A DNA stretch of 63,762 nucleotides, filler included, from Octopus bimaculoides (GCF_001194135.2; 5 parts of 5 records of this genome joined end to end with filler, not necessarily neighbours in it), one strand, 5' to 3'; positions 25,190 to 38,699 are shown, numbered from the whole stretch's first letter. Made by a program: numbers and translations. The notes: a model not told the origin generated them from the sequence alone.

Positions 25190-26150
25190 GTGCATTGCAA
25201 AAGGTGGATCAAGAGCTAAAAGAACTGCGGATGGATTTTTGTCCACATTTACCTAGAATAGCTACACTTCCTGTTTTTTTTTTAAAACAAATATTTAATG
25301 ATGATGAAAGTAGTTCACTCTGGAAGACAGTAACAAAAAATAACTGTTATGCCCAAAGGAAAAAAAAATCGCTCGAAGATTGAAAGCATCTAAAGAGGCA
25401 TCGCATTACGATGGATTAGTTAAGTGTTTTATAATGCAAGTATTAATTGATAGGCCTTCAAATCCATGTGTAAAGAGAAAATTGAATATAAATAACGTCT
25501 TAGTTCATTGACATGCACATATAAAATCCCGGACAACTGCTGCAATAGTAGAAAATTAGTTTCATTAATATTTTGCTTCTTAACTTGAAATTTCCACTGC
25601 AGGGAATAGGATTGATTTTAAGATTGTAATATTAATTTATAATGCTCCATCACAACCCTGCAATTTAGAACATCCTATTGTTAAAATCCTATTTTTACCA
25701 CTAAATGTATATCACTTATCAAGGCATAGTTTGTAATTTCAAGACAAAATATATTAAATTCTGGACAATATAGGTAAAAAAGACAGTTTTAATATCCTTA
25801 ACAAAGTAATTTATCATCGAAATAAAATTTCGCCAAGTAAATAAAACGACTGTAAATTCTCATTGGAAGGCCGTTTTGCCTGAATTAGTTCAGTATCGTA
25901 GTGACGCAAACAGAAGAACAACTATTTAAATTGAGACGTAATTAATGTAGCTCGTTCAATAGGAATTGGAGAATTTGACAAGGTTGACGCAGAAATTGAG
26001 AGACTTTGTGGAGAACAAGAATTGAATGGGGTCTATTTATTTAATGTGGTCACCACAATTTAAATTGCGAAAGAAAGTCTGATGTTTAATGATCAAATAC
26101 AGTATTTAGTCAAAGACTTTTATAGGATAATCTACAAATGGCAGGAAATA
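25190..26150 (+). mobile_element. Decayed pogo/Tigger (DDE_1) transposase
   Basis: Frameshifted translation: QIFNDDESSSLWK (cf. IFNxDETGLFW), RRLKASKE, KIVILIYNAPSQP...IVKILFLP (cf. LLLDNAPGHP...FLPPN), INVARSIGIGEFDKVDAEIERL. Confidence 0.75.
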
Positions 26151-26840
26151 TGAAAATTCATTTCATTTGAGTCATCTTAAAATGGGACGTAGTTTGATAT
26201 TTTGAGCAGAAAGAAAGCTTTGTGTATTACCAAACGAATATCGTTATAGAAATTTGAAAAAAAGAAAAGAAAAAAAAAGAAAAAAAACAGAAAAAAAAAA
26301 GGATACTGCCTAAAATTACAGATATTTCAAATGTACCGATTTTAGCGATTGTAAAAGAAGCTAGAAATGACAGAAATGGTGCTTGGGAATTTTAACACAA
26401 AATAAAAAGGTTTCTTCAAAAGTTTGGAGTGAAAATGAGTCAAAAAGATGAACATGCATAAAAAGGTCATTATAAAAATGTCAACATCGTCTAATGATTT
26501 GCTCCTTTGTTCCGTTCACCGGCTTGCAGTCACCGTGGGGCAACATCTTGTGATGGATTAATCGATTAGACTAGCATCAGCATTTATTTTATTGTCGCTA
26601 TTTGTTAAACCACACGTTTTGCGCGTCATATTTACAAACCGTAAAAGAATGATGCTACTTTCACCGATGGAAACATAAACACGGACGCATGCTCTCATAT
26701 ACGTATACTTACATACACATGTACATGCAAATATTCTCTTCTTCTTTGCACTCAAACAAAGATACACTTACATAAATATATAACAGTCTTATCTCTCTCT
26801 CTCTCTCTCTCTTTCACACACCTATATATGTATATATGTA

Positions 26841-26890
<50 letters not shown>

Positions 26891-26901
26891 NNNNNNNNNN
26901 N

Positions 26902-26967
<66 letters not shown>

Positions 26968-27039
26968 CATAATAAAACATAAATCGAATGAGAAGCACTC
27001 TTATGGAGCAGTAGAATACCTAGATAAAGATATTTATGG

Positions 27040-28760
27040 TTGGTTTATAGGGTTACCCGAGATTTCGCGTCCATAAAGCGCTTAGCTTTACACACATCTC
27101 GTCAGACACTAATGGCCTGTGTCGTATTACCTCTATTTGAAAGTGAGGAAGAAAAGGCCCCGTGGCTATTTATTATTCACACTGATAAAGAAGAACGGTC
27201 AAAGTCAAGGGATTGTCTCCCTTAGACCATACCCAGAATCCAGCAAGTCAGCTTTTGGGTTCCAGAATTGTAGTAGGAATCGTCTGAAGTGTAATCAGGA
27301 TCCGAAAGCTTCCATCCTGGAATTTAAGATGTTCCCCAGGTCGAGGGAATTCTTTAATATCATCGCCCATTCACCTATGCAACGCTTGCTCCCGTTGATG
27401 TAGGGACTCGGTTTTTCTACGATCTACCTTGTGATTACATGTCGAGCCCCTTCGTCCTTCAGGTGTCACACGTGGCTAGCCAAGGACGTGATATAACGTC
27501 TCTCCGAGAACCTAAATGAGGATTTGCAGTTGGAGAGGCACTGCTTGAAGATATTTCCGGAACATCCGATGTATTTTCGAATGCTGCTGTTGTCATAGCT
27601 GCTTCTCTTGATGTTGACTTTGTTACTTCCGCTGTTGCTGGTTCTGGCGTAGGGGACATCGTTGGTGGCGGTGCTGCTGGTGTTGGCGATGTTATCGTTG
27701 CTAGTATCCCCGTTGATGCTGCTATAGCCATCATCGTTGTCGGAGCTGTTATCGGTGTTATAGTGGTTGTTGTTGTTCTTCTTCTTATTGTTACCATTAC
27801 TAGCATTATAATTAGCGACGGTGCTTCTATTATCTCTGCTAAAGTTGCAACAGTTACCATTATTACTTTTATTCATGCTACTGAAAAATCTACTGCTGCT
27901 ACTATCTCAGCTTCGTATGCGACTCCCTTGTTTTCGCACTGGCCTCCCACTGGACATCTGATGTAGTCCCTGCATGAGCATCCCGCCTCCACTCGTGGCC
28001 TAGGGGCGTTTATTAAAATACTTTTTAAAACTGGGGTTGCAGCTAAAAGAGACGTATAGGTTATGTGATTCTGTAACGTGCTTATATACTAGCTTAAGGA
28101 ATATCCTTCCTACACACGTTTCACGTTGAAGGAGAATGGGGATATAAATCAAATGATATTTCAGTGGCTCTTGCTTCTGCGGCCGTTAGCAGCTAGGGCC
28201 TCGTTATTGTAAGGCGTTGCTGCATCGAAGATTTCTCGTCTAGAAGATAGATTCGAGATCCTCTTACTAGGTTTCTGAACAGGATGTGTGGGTGCCACCC
28301 TCTTGCTTGGCTTGAGTTAGTGTCTGTATGTACCAGAGCCCAAGTCGAGCGTGGCGTCTAAGAAGTCCGTGGTGGTGAGGTTGGTCTCGATTGTAATTTT
28401 CAGTCCCATGGAGCTAACGGTGCTAATCAGATCTTTCCTATCTAGGGCGTGCAGGACTGGGGAAATTTCTTCTTTGGGGTATCCAGGATATACAACAAAA
28501 TGTGGTCGCATACACCGGAACTGTCATAGGCCTCCATCGCTACGTCTAGAGAGCCCCCGGGTTCGGTTTGTTTGACCCAGGTCGGTGTTTATTAAACAGC
28601 ACCGTTTCCTGGCGTGCATGATGACATCTATCAATATTGTCAGTGAAAACCCTAGCGAAGGAAACTGCCTTGACCAGTAAACGTTTCGATATAAATGGGT
28701 AAAAATCGAACTGAGTGAACTTTATTTTGCCCTCCCCTTGGTATGAAAACATATAATCAC
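27040..28760 (-). mobile_element. Decayed Penelope-like element: RT core plus GIY-YIG endonuclease and 3' region
   Basis: KFTQFDFYPFISKRLLVKAVSFA (28546-28752), LDVAMEAYDSSGVCDHILLYIL, LKITIETNLTTTDFLDATLDLGSGTY (28317-28511), CPVGGQCENKGVAYEAEI (about 27900-27960), KYIGCSGNIFKQCLSNCKSSFR...SLASHV*HLKD...IVEKPSPYINGSKRC. Confidence 0.88.
27560..27900. repeat. Degenerate trinucleotide (RYT/GYT-type) low-complexity tract inside the PLE endonuclease
   Basis: Period-3 pattern gct/gtt/att/ggt on the + strand. Confidence 0.8.
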
Positions 28761-29369
28761 CTCGTTGGTGTTACTCAGGTCTATTGCGTTTACATCTTAT
28801 TAAGGTCTTCACAGGGACATTCTACCAGTACTCCTTTTTATTATGAGTGGCTATGTCTTCCTTTTATGTATATCAGATGTACACCTCTATCTCACTCGTC
28901 AGCCAAATCATCCATGTTCCACGGTGTTAACGGCGTCAGGCTCCTCATCGTGTCTATGTTTGTCAAAACTAAATAGTGATCTAAAGTTATTAGCAAAGGT
29001 GTGTTTCAATCTCCTAGGTCTCACTTGCTTGCGAGTGGCGTATATTATGTTGTATACATTTTTACATCATAAGAATTTAGAAAATTCGAAAGATATAAAA
29101 TGAATAGAGGCTGCTTATGTGACGGCAGCCTTCAACCTTTTGGACCGAACGGGTTGTTATCCCAATATTCTGCACGGTAATGTTTATAGCTTCATCTACT
29201 TCGAGTTTCACCGTTAGAAACTCTGTCTTTCTTTATATATACACACAGACGTGACACCCCATAAAACATGTTTTATGCTTATTCTAACTTGTAAAGGCTT
29301 ATATTTTTCATTAATTAACATTTTAACGTTTCACTGTTTCTATATGTCACTGATTAATCATACCATATA

Positions 29370-30345
29370 CAAAAGAAACCTTGGAACTCTCTGAATTTCA
29401 GAGACCATATTGTGGATCATTCTGAAGGTGGACTTAGCGTAAAATTGCAGAAAGCCCTGGGATCCCAATTTCTACAATTAATAGTGATTGTGCACTTCCT
29501 CAGAGAGGGGAAGGAGTTAAGATCACTTCGACCAGGTTTACCGGGGCCCTCAGAAAGGACCCTTCTCGTTGTTAAGAGAAGTGTGGAGGATAAGCCTCGC
29601 TGCAAGGCCTCTGATAAACTAGAACAAAGTTGGTATCAGTCCCAGAACAACTGTCAGGTATCTCCAGAAACTTGGTTACTATGGCAGAGCTGCAAGAAGG
29701 AAGCCACTTCTTTGATTAGCTAATATCAAGCGGAGAAAAGACAGAGTCAGTGAGATGGTGGAGAGGCTACTATCATTTTGAGACACTGTCATATTCTCCA
29801 ATCTGTATTTTCTGAAAGTGGTCGAGTGTGAGTCTGGAGACACTGTGATCAATAATTTGATGTGAAAAATTGCAGTCAAGAATGAAACATGGCAGCAATT
29901 CTGTGATGGACTGGGGAACAGTTCAGGGCAATGGCCAATCAAAGCTGGTGGAGTGTGGGGGAAACAAACTCAGATAAATATATGTCATTGCAAAAAAGAC
30001 TCCTTCCAATCTTCTCAAGTGTTGAAATGATTAAAGAGGAGTCTTTATTTATGGAATAAATATCCTTGTCACGCTGCTAAAATGCCCCAAGATTTGTTGG
30101 AAGATAAAAAAACTTCCATGACCAAGCGTTTCACCAGATATGAACCCTACTGAACACCTCTAGAGCATAATGGACAGGGTAGCGTATAAAAAGAACAAGA
30201 AAGCATCTTCAAAGCCAAATCTTTTGAGATTACTACGTGAAACTTGGCAAGAAATTCCGCAAGAGAATATTCGTTACCTGATCATTAACATGCCTAATAG
30301 GGTCCTTGCATTGAAAATGCAATGGGCATGTCTACTAAATATTAA
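29370..30345 (+). mobile_element. Decayed Tc1-family transposase
   Basis: ISPRTTVRYLQKLGYYGRAARRKPLL, DTVIFSN, MKHGSNSVMDWG, SPDMNPTEHL*SIMDR (cf. KHGGGSVMVWG and SPDLNPIENLW). TIRs were not found. Confidence 0.85.
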
Positions 30346-30499
30346 ATATTCACATTATAACTATTAATAAATAATTTGAATGTATAATTTCAGATTGAAA
30401 TAAATTTTAATGTTTATAAGTGTATCTATTTACTTCTGTCGTGTATGTTTGTTTGTATGTATGTATGTATGTATGTATGTATGTATGCATGCATGTATG

Positions 30500-30558
<59 letters not shown>

Positions 30559-32249
30559 ATGTATGTATATATATGTATATATAGATATGTATATATACAT
30601 GCATGTATATAGTCACAAATGAATACATATACATTCATATGTTTATGTATGTCTATATATGCATATGTGTGCGTGCATGTGTGTCTGCATGTTTGTGTAT
30701 GTGTGCCTGTGTGTAAGTATACGCATACACACAAAAGATAAGCAAAGTATATTATTTTACCAGTTGTCTCATGAAGAGGATAATATTGTGAATTCTGGGC
30801 AATCTGGGAAAATATGAATATTTCTCTAGAGACATAATTCTAAAAATTTAAGACAAAATTGATGATATTAGATAAAATGCTTGCATTTTGTCGTTTTTAC
30901 ATATATTTTCCAATTTCAAGGAAATGTTTCAAGAATCTCAGTCCCGAAGAAATTTGCTGAATGTCGATATATTCTCTAATGAGAAAAATTCATCTAAAAT
31001 ATGTGATTGAACTAGCCAATATTTTTGACAGCACAGTAAAAAGAATATATTAAATCCGATTAATCATAGATGAGTATCCTCCGTCTGTATCATCAATTGG
31101 ATTGAAAATATATTCTTAAATTTATTGCACATAAATCTGAACTAGAATTTTGCAATGATAGTGTAATATACAGCGAAGAATCTTAAGAAAATAACTAAAT
31201 GCAACTTGAAAAGAATACAAACACATATGGAAGAAAACTTATGGCAAACAATTGTATTAGATACAGAATGACTGACTACTAGATCGTATTTGATACATAT
31301 AACCGCACATATATAATATTTATACAATTGTGACAGTATACTGTAGAGCGACGTGTTATGTCTATTGGTTGAAAATAAAGTTAACTTTTTATCATGATGT
31401 AGCAATTATTTAATGTTTCACACAGGCCAGGTGCTTATCACATGAAATTTCAAGTAAGAAAGTAGCCGAAGGGTCTTCTTTACTTCCGGTAGATCTGTAG
31501 ACGTGCGTGTATGTCTTGAATTCCGGAAAACTAGTCACAATTTTCATTTGACTTTCATAACTCGCCAGTTAGAAATTATTCCCGTGGTTGTTTGGACATT
31601 TGGAACTGTTTCCGCTACTTTATTTAATGAATCAAAATGTTGCATTAAGATGTTATATTTTCCAGCTGCACCACTGCGGTGTGTGTTCAGTCGATGTATA
31701 GAGCTATAAGGTAACTACTGTGATGATTGGCAATTTATATGAAATATTTCTAACGAACGCGTTTTAGCTGCTCGGTGTGTGTATACTTTCTTAAGGAATC
31801 ATCTTTTGAAACTACCTTAACTCATTTCCTATGACGTATTTTTCGAATTTTAGGAACGTATTGAACATCGACGATGCTATATTAGATATAGCAAAATGAC
31901 GGAATGAAACGATGTTTTGTTTCTGAGGAGTGTTAAACTGGTGGTCTGTGAGCTGTTTAAAGTATTGTTTGAGAAAATATCGCCAATTTATTTTTATTAA
32001 CATCATTGTTATTTACTGCTCACAAAATAATTCCGGATATTAGATTGAATTGCTTTACCTTTCGATGATAAGATCTGAACTGTACTGTTGTAAGAGGTAG
32101 GGACTGTTGATAGTATATTCTTCTTTGCTTGACTGGTACATGTATTATCAATCTTGGAAAGATTGGCTTTGAACTTGATCTCAGTTGTTTTTTGAACATA
32201 GAACGAAATGGTCCGTGACTAAATATTGGCTTGAAATTTTGGCACAATA

Positions 32250-33850
32250 TCAGCAATTCCGAGGGAGGGTGACTACTGATTACATCGATAAAGAAGAAAC
32301 TGATGCAATATCAGCCATTGATGAAATGAGCTTAAACTCAGCCACAGGCCCTGATCGATTCCCAGCTATTCTAAGGAAATGCAAAAGATCTCTATCAAGA
32401 ACATTACAGATCCTTTTCCAAAGCGTCCTTCGAACTGACAGACTACCCAGACAATTTATGGAAGGCATGTGCTCTATCCATAAAGGAGGTAGCAGAGCTG
32501 AAGCAAAAAGTATAGGACTGTCTCTATAACTTCACATATCATCAAAGTCATGGAATGCATTGTCAGAATGAAGATGATCACATTCCTAAAAGATAATGTC
32601 TTGCATCTAGACACTCAATATAGCTTCAGCTCATGAAGAAGCTTCTGTAACATTATGAATGGATGCTGAAACTACTCATGAATTGTTAAAATGTGGATTT
32701 TGCAAAAGCCTTTGATAGAATTGAGCATGGGATGATATGTCACAAGCTACGGAGACTCGGCATAGTGGAAAAACTGGGAAAGTGTTTCGTGACCTCTTAA
32801 AAAACAGACAACAGGTTATGACAGCCAGTGGGCCCTCTTCAAGGAGACGGTAATAGCGAGTGAAATGCCTCAGGAAACTGTCTTTGGGCACTGCTGTTTA
32901 TGATAGCTCTTTCTGACATCTGTTACACAGATAGACGCAGTTACTAGCTATGCTGACGACACAAAAGTAGTACAAGTAATCAAGGAACCTTTCAATTTTA
33001 ATCTTCTACAGATAAACCTAGATGCCATGTATAAATCGGCCAGAGAGAACAATATGAAATTTAATGCAGGGAAATTTCAAATCAACTGCTATCAGTTAAC
33101 TTGTGCCAATACGACGCAAAGAGAGATACTTTTGGCCAATAGGAGCAGCAATCAAGTGCAGTGCGTGATCTGGGGATTGATATGAGAAAAAACATCTCCT
33201 TTCGCGTGCATATCACCTAGATAGTACCATTGTGCAGGTGAATGGCTGGATGAATTCTGAGAACGTTTAGAACAAAGGACCAGGAAACTATGCTGGTTCT
33301 AAGGGGGAGATTTTTCCTCAGTCGTCTGGATTACTCAACTCAGGTCATCACACAGTGTCAAATTAATAGCAGAACTTGAGGCAGTTCAGCGGTGATACAC
33401 TAGAACGATTGCATCACTGGAACAGCTGAGTTGCTGGGAGAAACTGAAAGAGCTACGACTCTACTCCTTGGAGCGAAGACGAGAGAAATATCCAGTGATA
33501 TACGTATAGCAGATTCTGTTAGAGTTGACACTAAACTTTGGTATCGAGAGCTATACCGGCTCCGAATTGAACATCACTGCACAGTTGCAAAAGTCTCAGC
33601 CCACTCGTCGAATATTGGGACCATGTACTACAATAGGGTCCACGGCTATTTAATACTTTGCAAAAATATTTGAGAGATTTACATGGAATAGGTGGAGCGG
33701 TTTTCAATAAATAACGTGACTTGACGATGTCCAAAGCCCCAGATGAAACTACACCTCAGCAAGAAACTCAAAACAGGGCAGCAATGTCGAACCCACTCAT
33801 TTACCAACAGTCGATCACAAAAAAATGGCATTGGTAAGGTGATAACACGA
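32250..33850 (+). mobile_element. Decayed CR1/L2-group LINE ORF2 (RT) fragment
   Basis: AIDEMSLNSATGPDRFPAILRKCK, IHKGGSRAEAK, DFAKAFDRIEHG, VTSYADDTKV, NNMKFNAGKFQ. Related to 3880-4790. Confidence 0.88.
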
Positions 33851-34604
33851 GCGGTGCCACAATATGGCCTCAGCCTTTGGGCTGAAATGCACAAAAGAAT
33901 GTATATGCGTACACACACACACACACACANNNNNNNNNNNNNNNNNNNNNNNNNNNNNNNNNNNNNNNNNNNNNNNNNNNNNNNNNNNNNNNNNNNNNNN
34001 NNNNNNNNNNNNNNNNNNNNNNNNNNNNNNNNNNNNNNNNNNNNNNNNNNNNNNNNNNNNNNNNNNNNNNNNNNNNNNNNNNNNNNNNNNNNNNNNNNNN
34101 NNNNNNNNNNNNNNNNNNNNNNNNNNNNNNNNNNNNNNNNNNNNNNNNNNNNNNNNNNNNNNNNNNNNNNNNNNNNNNNNNNNNNNNNNNNNNNNNNNNN
34201 NNNNNNNNNNNNNNNNNNNNNNNNNNNNNNNNNNNNNNNNNNNNNNNNNNNNNNNNNNNNNNNNNNNNNNNNNNNNNNNNNNNNNNNNNNNNNNNNNNNN
34301 NNNNNNNNNNNNNNNNNNNNNNNNNNNNNNNNNNNNNNNNNNNNNAAATGTATAGCAGAGGGTCACTCACTCAAAAAAAAAAAGAAAGAAATTTAAATAT
34401 TACAGAGTTTCATAGTACGGGTGAAATAGGAATGTAAACACAATCTTTCTATATTATTGATGGGTAGTAAAAGAATGACGGAGTCTCCTAACAGAGCATT
34501 TTACGTTTTGTTGGTCGGTCCTCCAAGAAGACCTAGGTGACTCATTTATCATACATCAATAGCGTAGAAATAATGCGTTTGCATTCTTATTTTACTAACA
34601 GTTA

Positions 34605-34756
34605 GTCTATGTAGTAAGAAGTTTGCTTCCCAACCACAGCAGTGCGACTTCAGTTCCACTGTGTGTCACCTTCGGTAGGTGTCTTCTAGTATAGCTTCGG
34701 GCAGCCCAAAGCCTTGTGAGTGGATATGGTGGCCGGAAACTGAAAGAGGCCCGTCG

Positions 34757-34760
<4 letters not shown>
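34605..34760 (+). mobile_element. SINE group A, 5' half
   Basis: gtagtaagaagtttgcttcccaaccac...aaagccttgtgagtggat...ggaaactgaaagaggcccgtcg, followed by (TA)n and a gap. Confidence 0.8.
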
Positions 34761-34805
<45 letters not shown>

Positions 34806-35189
34806 NNNNNNNNNNNNNNNNNNNNNNNNNNNNNNNNNNNNNNNNNNNNNNNNNNNNNNNNNNNNNNNNNNNNNNNNNNNNNNNNNNNNNNNNNNNNNNN
34901 NNNNNNNNNNNNNNNNNNNNNNNNNNNNNNNNNNNNNNNNNNNNNNNNNNNNNNNNNNNNNNNNNNNNNNNNNNNNNNNNNNNNNNNNNNNNNNNNNNNN
35001 NNNNNNNNNNNNNNNNNNNNNNNNNNNNNNNNNNNNNNNNNNNNNNNNNNNNNNNNNNNNNNNNNNNNNNNNNNNNNNNNNNNNNNNNNNNNNNNNNNNN
35101 NNNNNNNNNNNNNNNNNNNNNNNNNNNNNNNNNNNNNNNNNNNNNNNNNNNNNNNNNNNNNNNNNNNNNNNNNNNNGTATGTATGTATG

Positions 35190-35234
<45 letters not shown>

Positions 35235-35989
35235 GTATATTTATAGGGAGACAAAGCGGAGTGGTATGAAGTATGATATAGATGGATAGATGTACAGATA
35301 AAATATATTTGATGAAGAAGATAAAGAATAATACAGACAGATTAATAAACTGTAGAATGTGAGCGAAGATTGAGATCGATAGGTTTATACAATTAATCAA
35401 ACTGGCGGAACGAAATTGATAGATGGAAAAGAGTGAAATAGGAAGGGAGAATGGCACGGGGAGAGAAAGCAAAATATAGATAAATAGAAGGAGAGAGAGA
35501 ATGAGAGACAGAGAGACAGAGAGAGACATATAGACAGACATACAAAGAGAGTAAGTTAGAGGAGTAAAACTGAAAAGAATCGAGAGAGAAAGAGGAGCAT
35601 CGAAATGGAGTGATAGCAGCAGTAGTAAATATTTTTAGAAATAAGTAGAAGTGTATATTTATATTATATGATATATAACAAAGCAGTAACACTTCAATGA
35701 ACTAAATGTGCGTATACAGAAGAGAAAAATTTACAGACACGTATGTACCTACTCGCCATACTTCTACCTAAACACATACACCTATACTATTGTATATTTG
35801 AATATTTGCAATTTATTACGAAAATTGGATATCGACTTGTTGGACAGGAAGTTTGTTACATAGATTGATACATATATACACAGGCGGACAACTATATATG
35901 TGTGTGTGTGTGTGTGTTTGTGTATGCGTGTGTGTATGTGTGTCTGTATCTGTGCGTGTGTATTGTATGTGTGTATGCGTGTGTGTCTT

Positions 35990-36198
35990 TCGGCCTGTGT
36001 TTGTCCCATCCCCACCGCTTAACAACTGGTGTTGGTTTATTTATGCTTACGTAACTTAACGTTTTGGCAAAAGAGAACGATCAAATAAGTAACAGGCTTA
36101 AAAAAGTACTGGGATCGGTGTATTCGACTAAAAATTCTTTAAGGTGGTTCCCCAGCATGGCTGATACCTAATGACTGAAATAAGTAAAAGATAAAATA
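35990..36198 (+). mobile_element. SINE group A-related, 3' half
   Basis: gtgtttgtcccatccccaccgcttaacaac...gactgaaataagtaaaagataaaa. Confidence 0.75.
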
Positions 36199-36207
36199 TA
36201 TTCCTTC

Positions 36208-36760
36208 ACTTTATTCTTTTAGTTGTTTCAGTCATTTGACTGTGGCCATGCTGGAGCACCACCTTTAGTCGAACAAATCGACCTCAGGTCTTATTATTTG
36301 TAAGCCTAGTACTTATTCTATCGGTCATTTTTGCCGAACCACCAAAAAAGGGTTCGCAAACACACCAACATCGGTTGTCAAGCGATGGTGGGAGGGACAA
36401 ACACAGACGCTCAAACATACACACACACACACACACACACAAACACATACACACACACACATACACANNNNNNNNNNNNNNNNNNNNNNNNNNNNNNNNN
36501 NNNNNNNNNNNNNNNNNNNNNNNNNNNNNNNNNNNNNNNNNNNNNNNNNNNNNNNNNNNNNNNNNNNNNNNNNNNNATATATATATATATAGGACGGGCG
36601 TCTTTTAGATTCCGTCTACCAAATCCATTCACAAAGCTTTGGTCGGCCCAAGGCTATAGTAAAAGACATTTTCCCAAGATGCCACGCAGTGGGACTGCAC
36701 CAACCCAGAACCATGTGGTTGGAAAGGAAACGTCTTACCGTACACCCACGCCTGCACCTA
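36208..36760 (-). mobile_element. SINE group A, full length
   Basis: Both halves are on the minus strand around (CA)n, a gap and (TA)n. Confidence 0.85.
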
Positions 36761-36778
36761 TTCATATTTAATTATAGG

Positions 36779-36938
36779 TTTGGTGATGCAAACAGGAAAA
36801 GAGAACTAAAAAGCAAGAGTATATATAAGTTTATTATTAATAATCGATAGAAGTTACAGAGGGACTCAAAGACCGAAAGTTTCGCGCTCGTTATTACTTA
36901 CTGTTAATGTACGAAATATTGTAGAAGAAACAGAGTCT
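36779..36938 (+). repeat. About 160-bp direct repeat, copy 1 (copy 2 at 38541-38699)
   Basis: tttggtgatgcaaacagg...gtagaagaaacagagt. Two substitutions seen between the copies. Confidence 0.92.
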
Positions 36939-37591
36939 TTGTTTTTCTTCTAAATATCTCTCTTGTGGAAAGTGTATCCACAAATTTAATGATCATCCAC
37001 TGATTTTTCTTTATAGTTTCCAAAATCATATCTTGCGTTTTTCTTTAGTACTATAATCGGTCTCTTTGGGGTAATTTCAAAACATCCTGTATTGAATCAT
37101 CCATTATTATTGTCTTTGGCTTGTGTTCACTAATCTTTCCTTCATTTCACTTTCAGAGACCGGGATAACGTCCCAATGCACTCTTTTATTAATATAGTCA
37201 TGCCAGGATTACAACATTTTGTGGTAGTTTACTGGATCCACTGGGATGGTTAAAAGGTTTGTCCTTTACCGACACATACAGCGTTTGCATTAGTATTTGG
37301 AATTGTTTTGGTTACTTTCATTTCTAAAGATTTGATTTGCATTTCAGATTGAGCTTCAATTTTCAGAAACAGTAAAACGTAAAAATATCGATCAAACAAG
37401 TTTATGGATTTTACACCTTTATTACGATATCACAGTGAGTTAATGAAAACGTTTCTCACAATATCTTTTGAAACCCCTGGATTAAAATTGTATAACCAAA
37501 TATTTTAAATACTATTTTCAGTTATCTCATAATTTTTCGGGTAAATCCATTTACACACACACACACACACATACACACACGCACACACACA

Positions 37592-37659
<68 letters not shown>

Positions 37660-38540
37660 TTCATATCAGTATTGTATCTATCTATGTATATACATATACA
37701 TGCATGCATACATACATGCATAATGCCTATATACATTCCAAAATAATACATATATACATGCATGCATGTATGCATACCTACATGCATACATGCATACATG
37801 CATACGTGCGTACATACATACGCATACTCACATGTACGAAAGTAAGCAGATGTAAAGAATTCAATTGAAAGACAAGAAATATCTTTCAAAACAACTTTGA
37901 GAAGTATAATATTTCAATGTGTTTATTTCCTCTCAGTCATAGGTGTATTTGTCTAATATCTGTCATAAGTATTACTGAAGACAAAATACGAAAGAAGATA
38001 TAATTAGAGGCTTCAGAAAAGTTAGATAACTGATATAGCACATCTCAGAAATCTCTAGAGTTTTATTCAGCAAGAAATTATGGACAATATGCTAACCACA
38101 TTTCAGCTCTGATATATTGATTTCTTAAATTTCTTATATACTTCTGCATGAATATGTTAGCAACAATTAGGGAGGTGAATTGTCAGATATATAAATCGTT
38201 AGAAAAGTGCTTATGATATTTAGATACAGATATTTGCGCTTCTTGTTCGAAACCTGCCAAGACAGAATTTGATATTAACCCGTTCGACGAAGACAGAATA
38301 AAGTGCCAGTAAATTTGTAGGGATTATACTATATAACGATTATACTTTTTCCGAAATACGTGGTTCGTGTTAATCTTAAAAGAAAAGAATGAATATATAA
38401 GGCCAGGGATTGGCGGAATTAGTTGACTGATGGACGAATTTGCAGGTAAAATCTAGTTAGGTCACTTTACATTTTGTATTCAAGTTTCTGTCATATTTGT
38501 TCTTTAATCGACAGAATATCGTGTACTAGCCTTTTCTAAA

Positions 38541-38699
38541 TTTTGGTGATGCAAACAGGAAAAGAGAACTAAAAAGCAAGAGTATATATAAGTTTATTAT
38601 TAATAATCGACAGAAGTTACAGAGGGACTCAAAGACCGAAAGTTTCGCGCTCGTTATTATTTACTGTTAATGTACGAAATATTGTAGAAGAAACAGAGT
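38541..38699 (+). repeat. About 160-bp direct repeat, copy 2
   Basis: See copy 1. Confidence 0.92.

Noticed and set aside
27459-27860. Mucin-like Thr/Ala/Pro-rich ORF
   Set aside because: It is an alternative frame of the triplet tract inside the Penelope endonuclease. The neighbouring frame carries the YIG motif.
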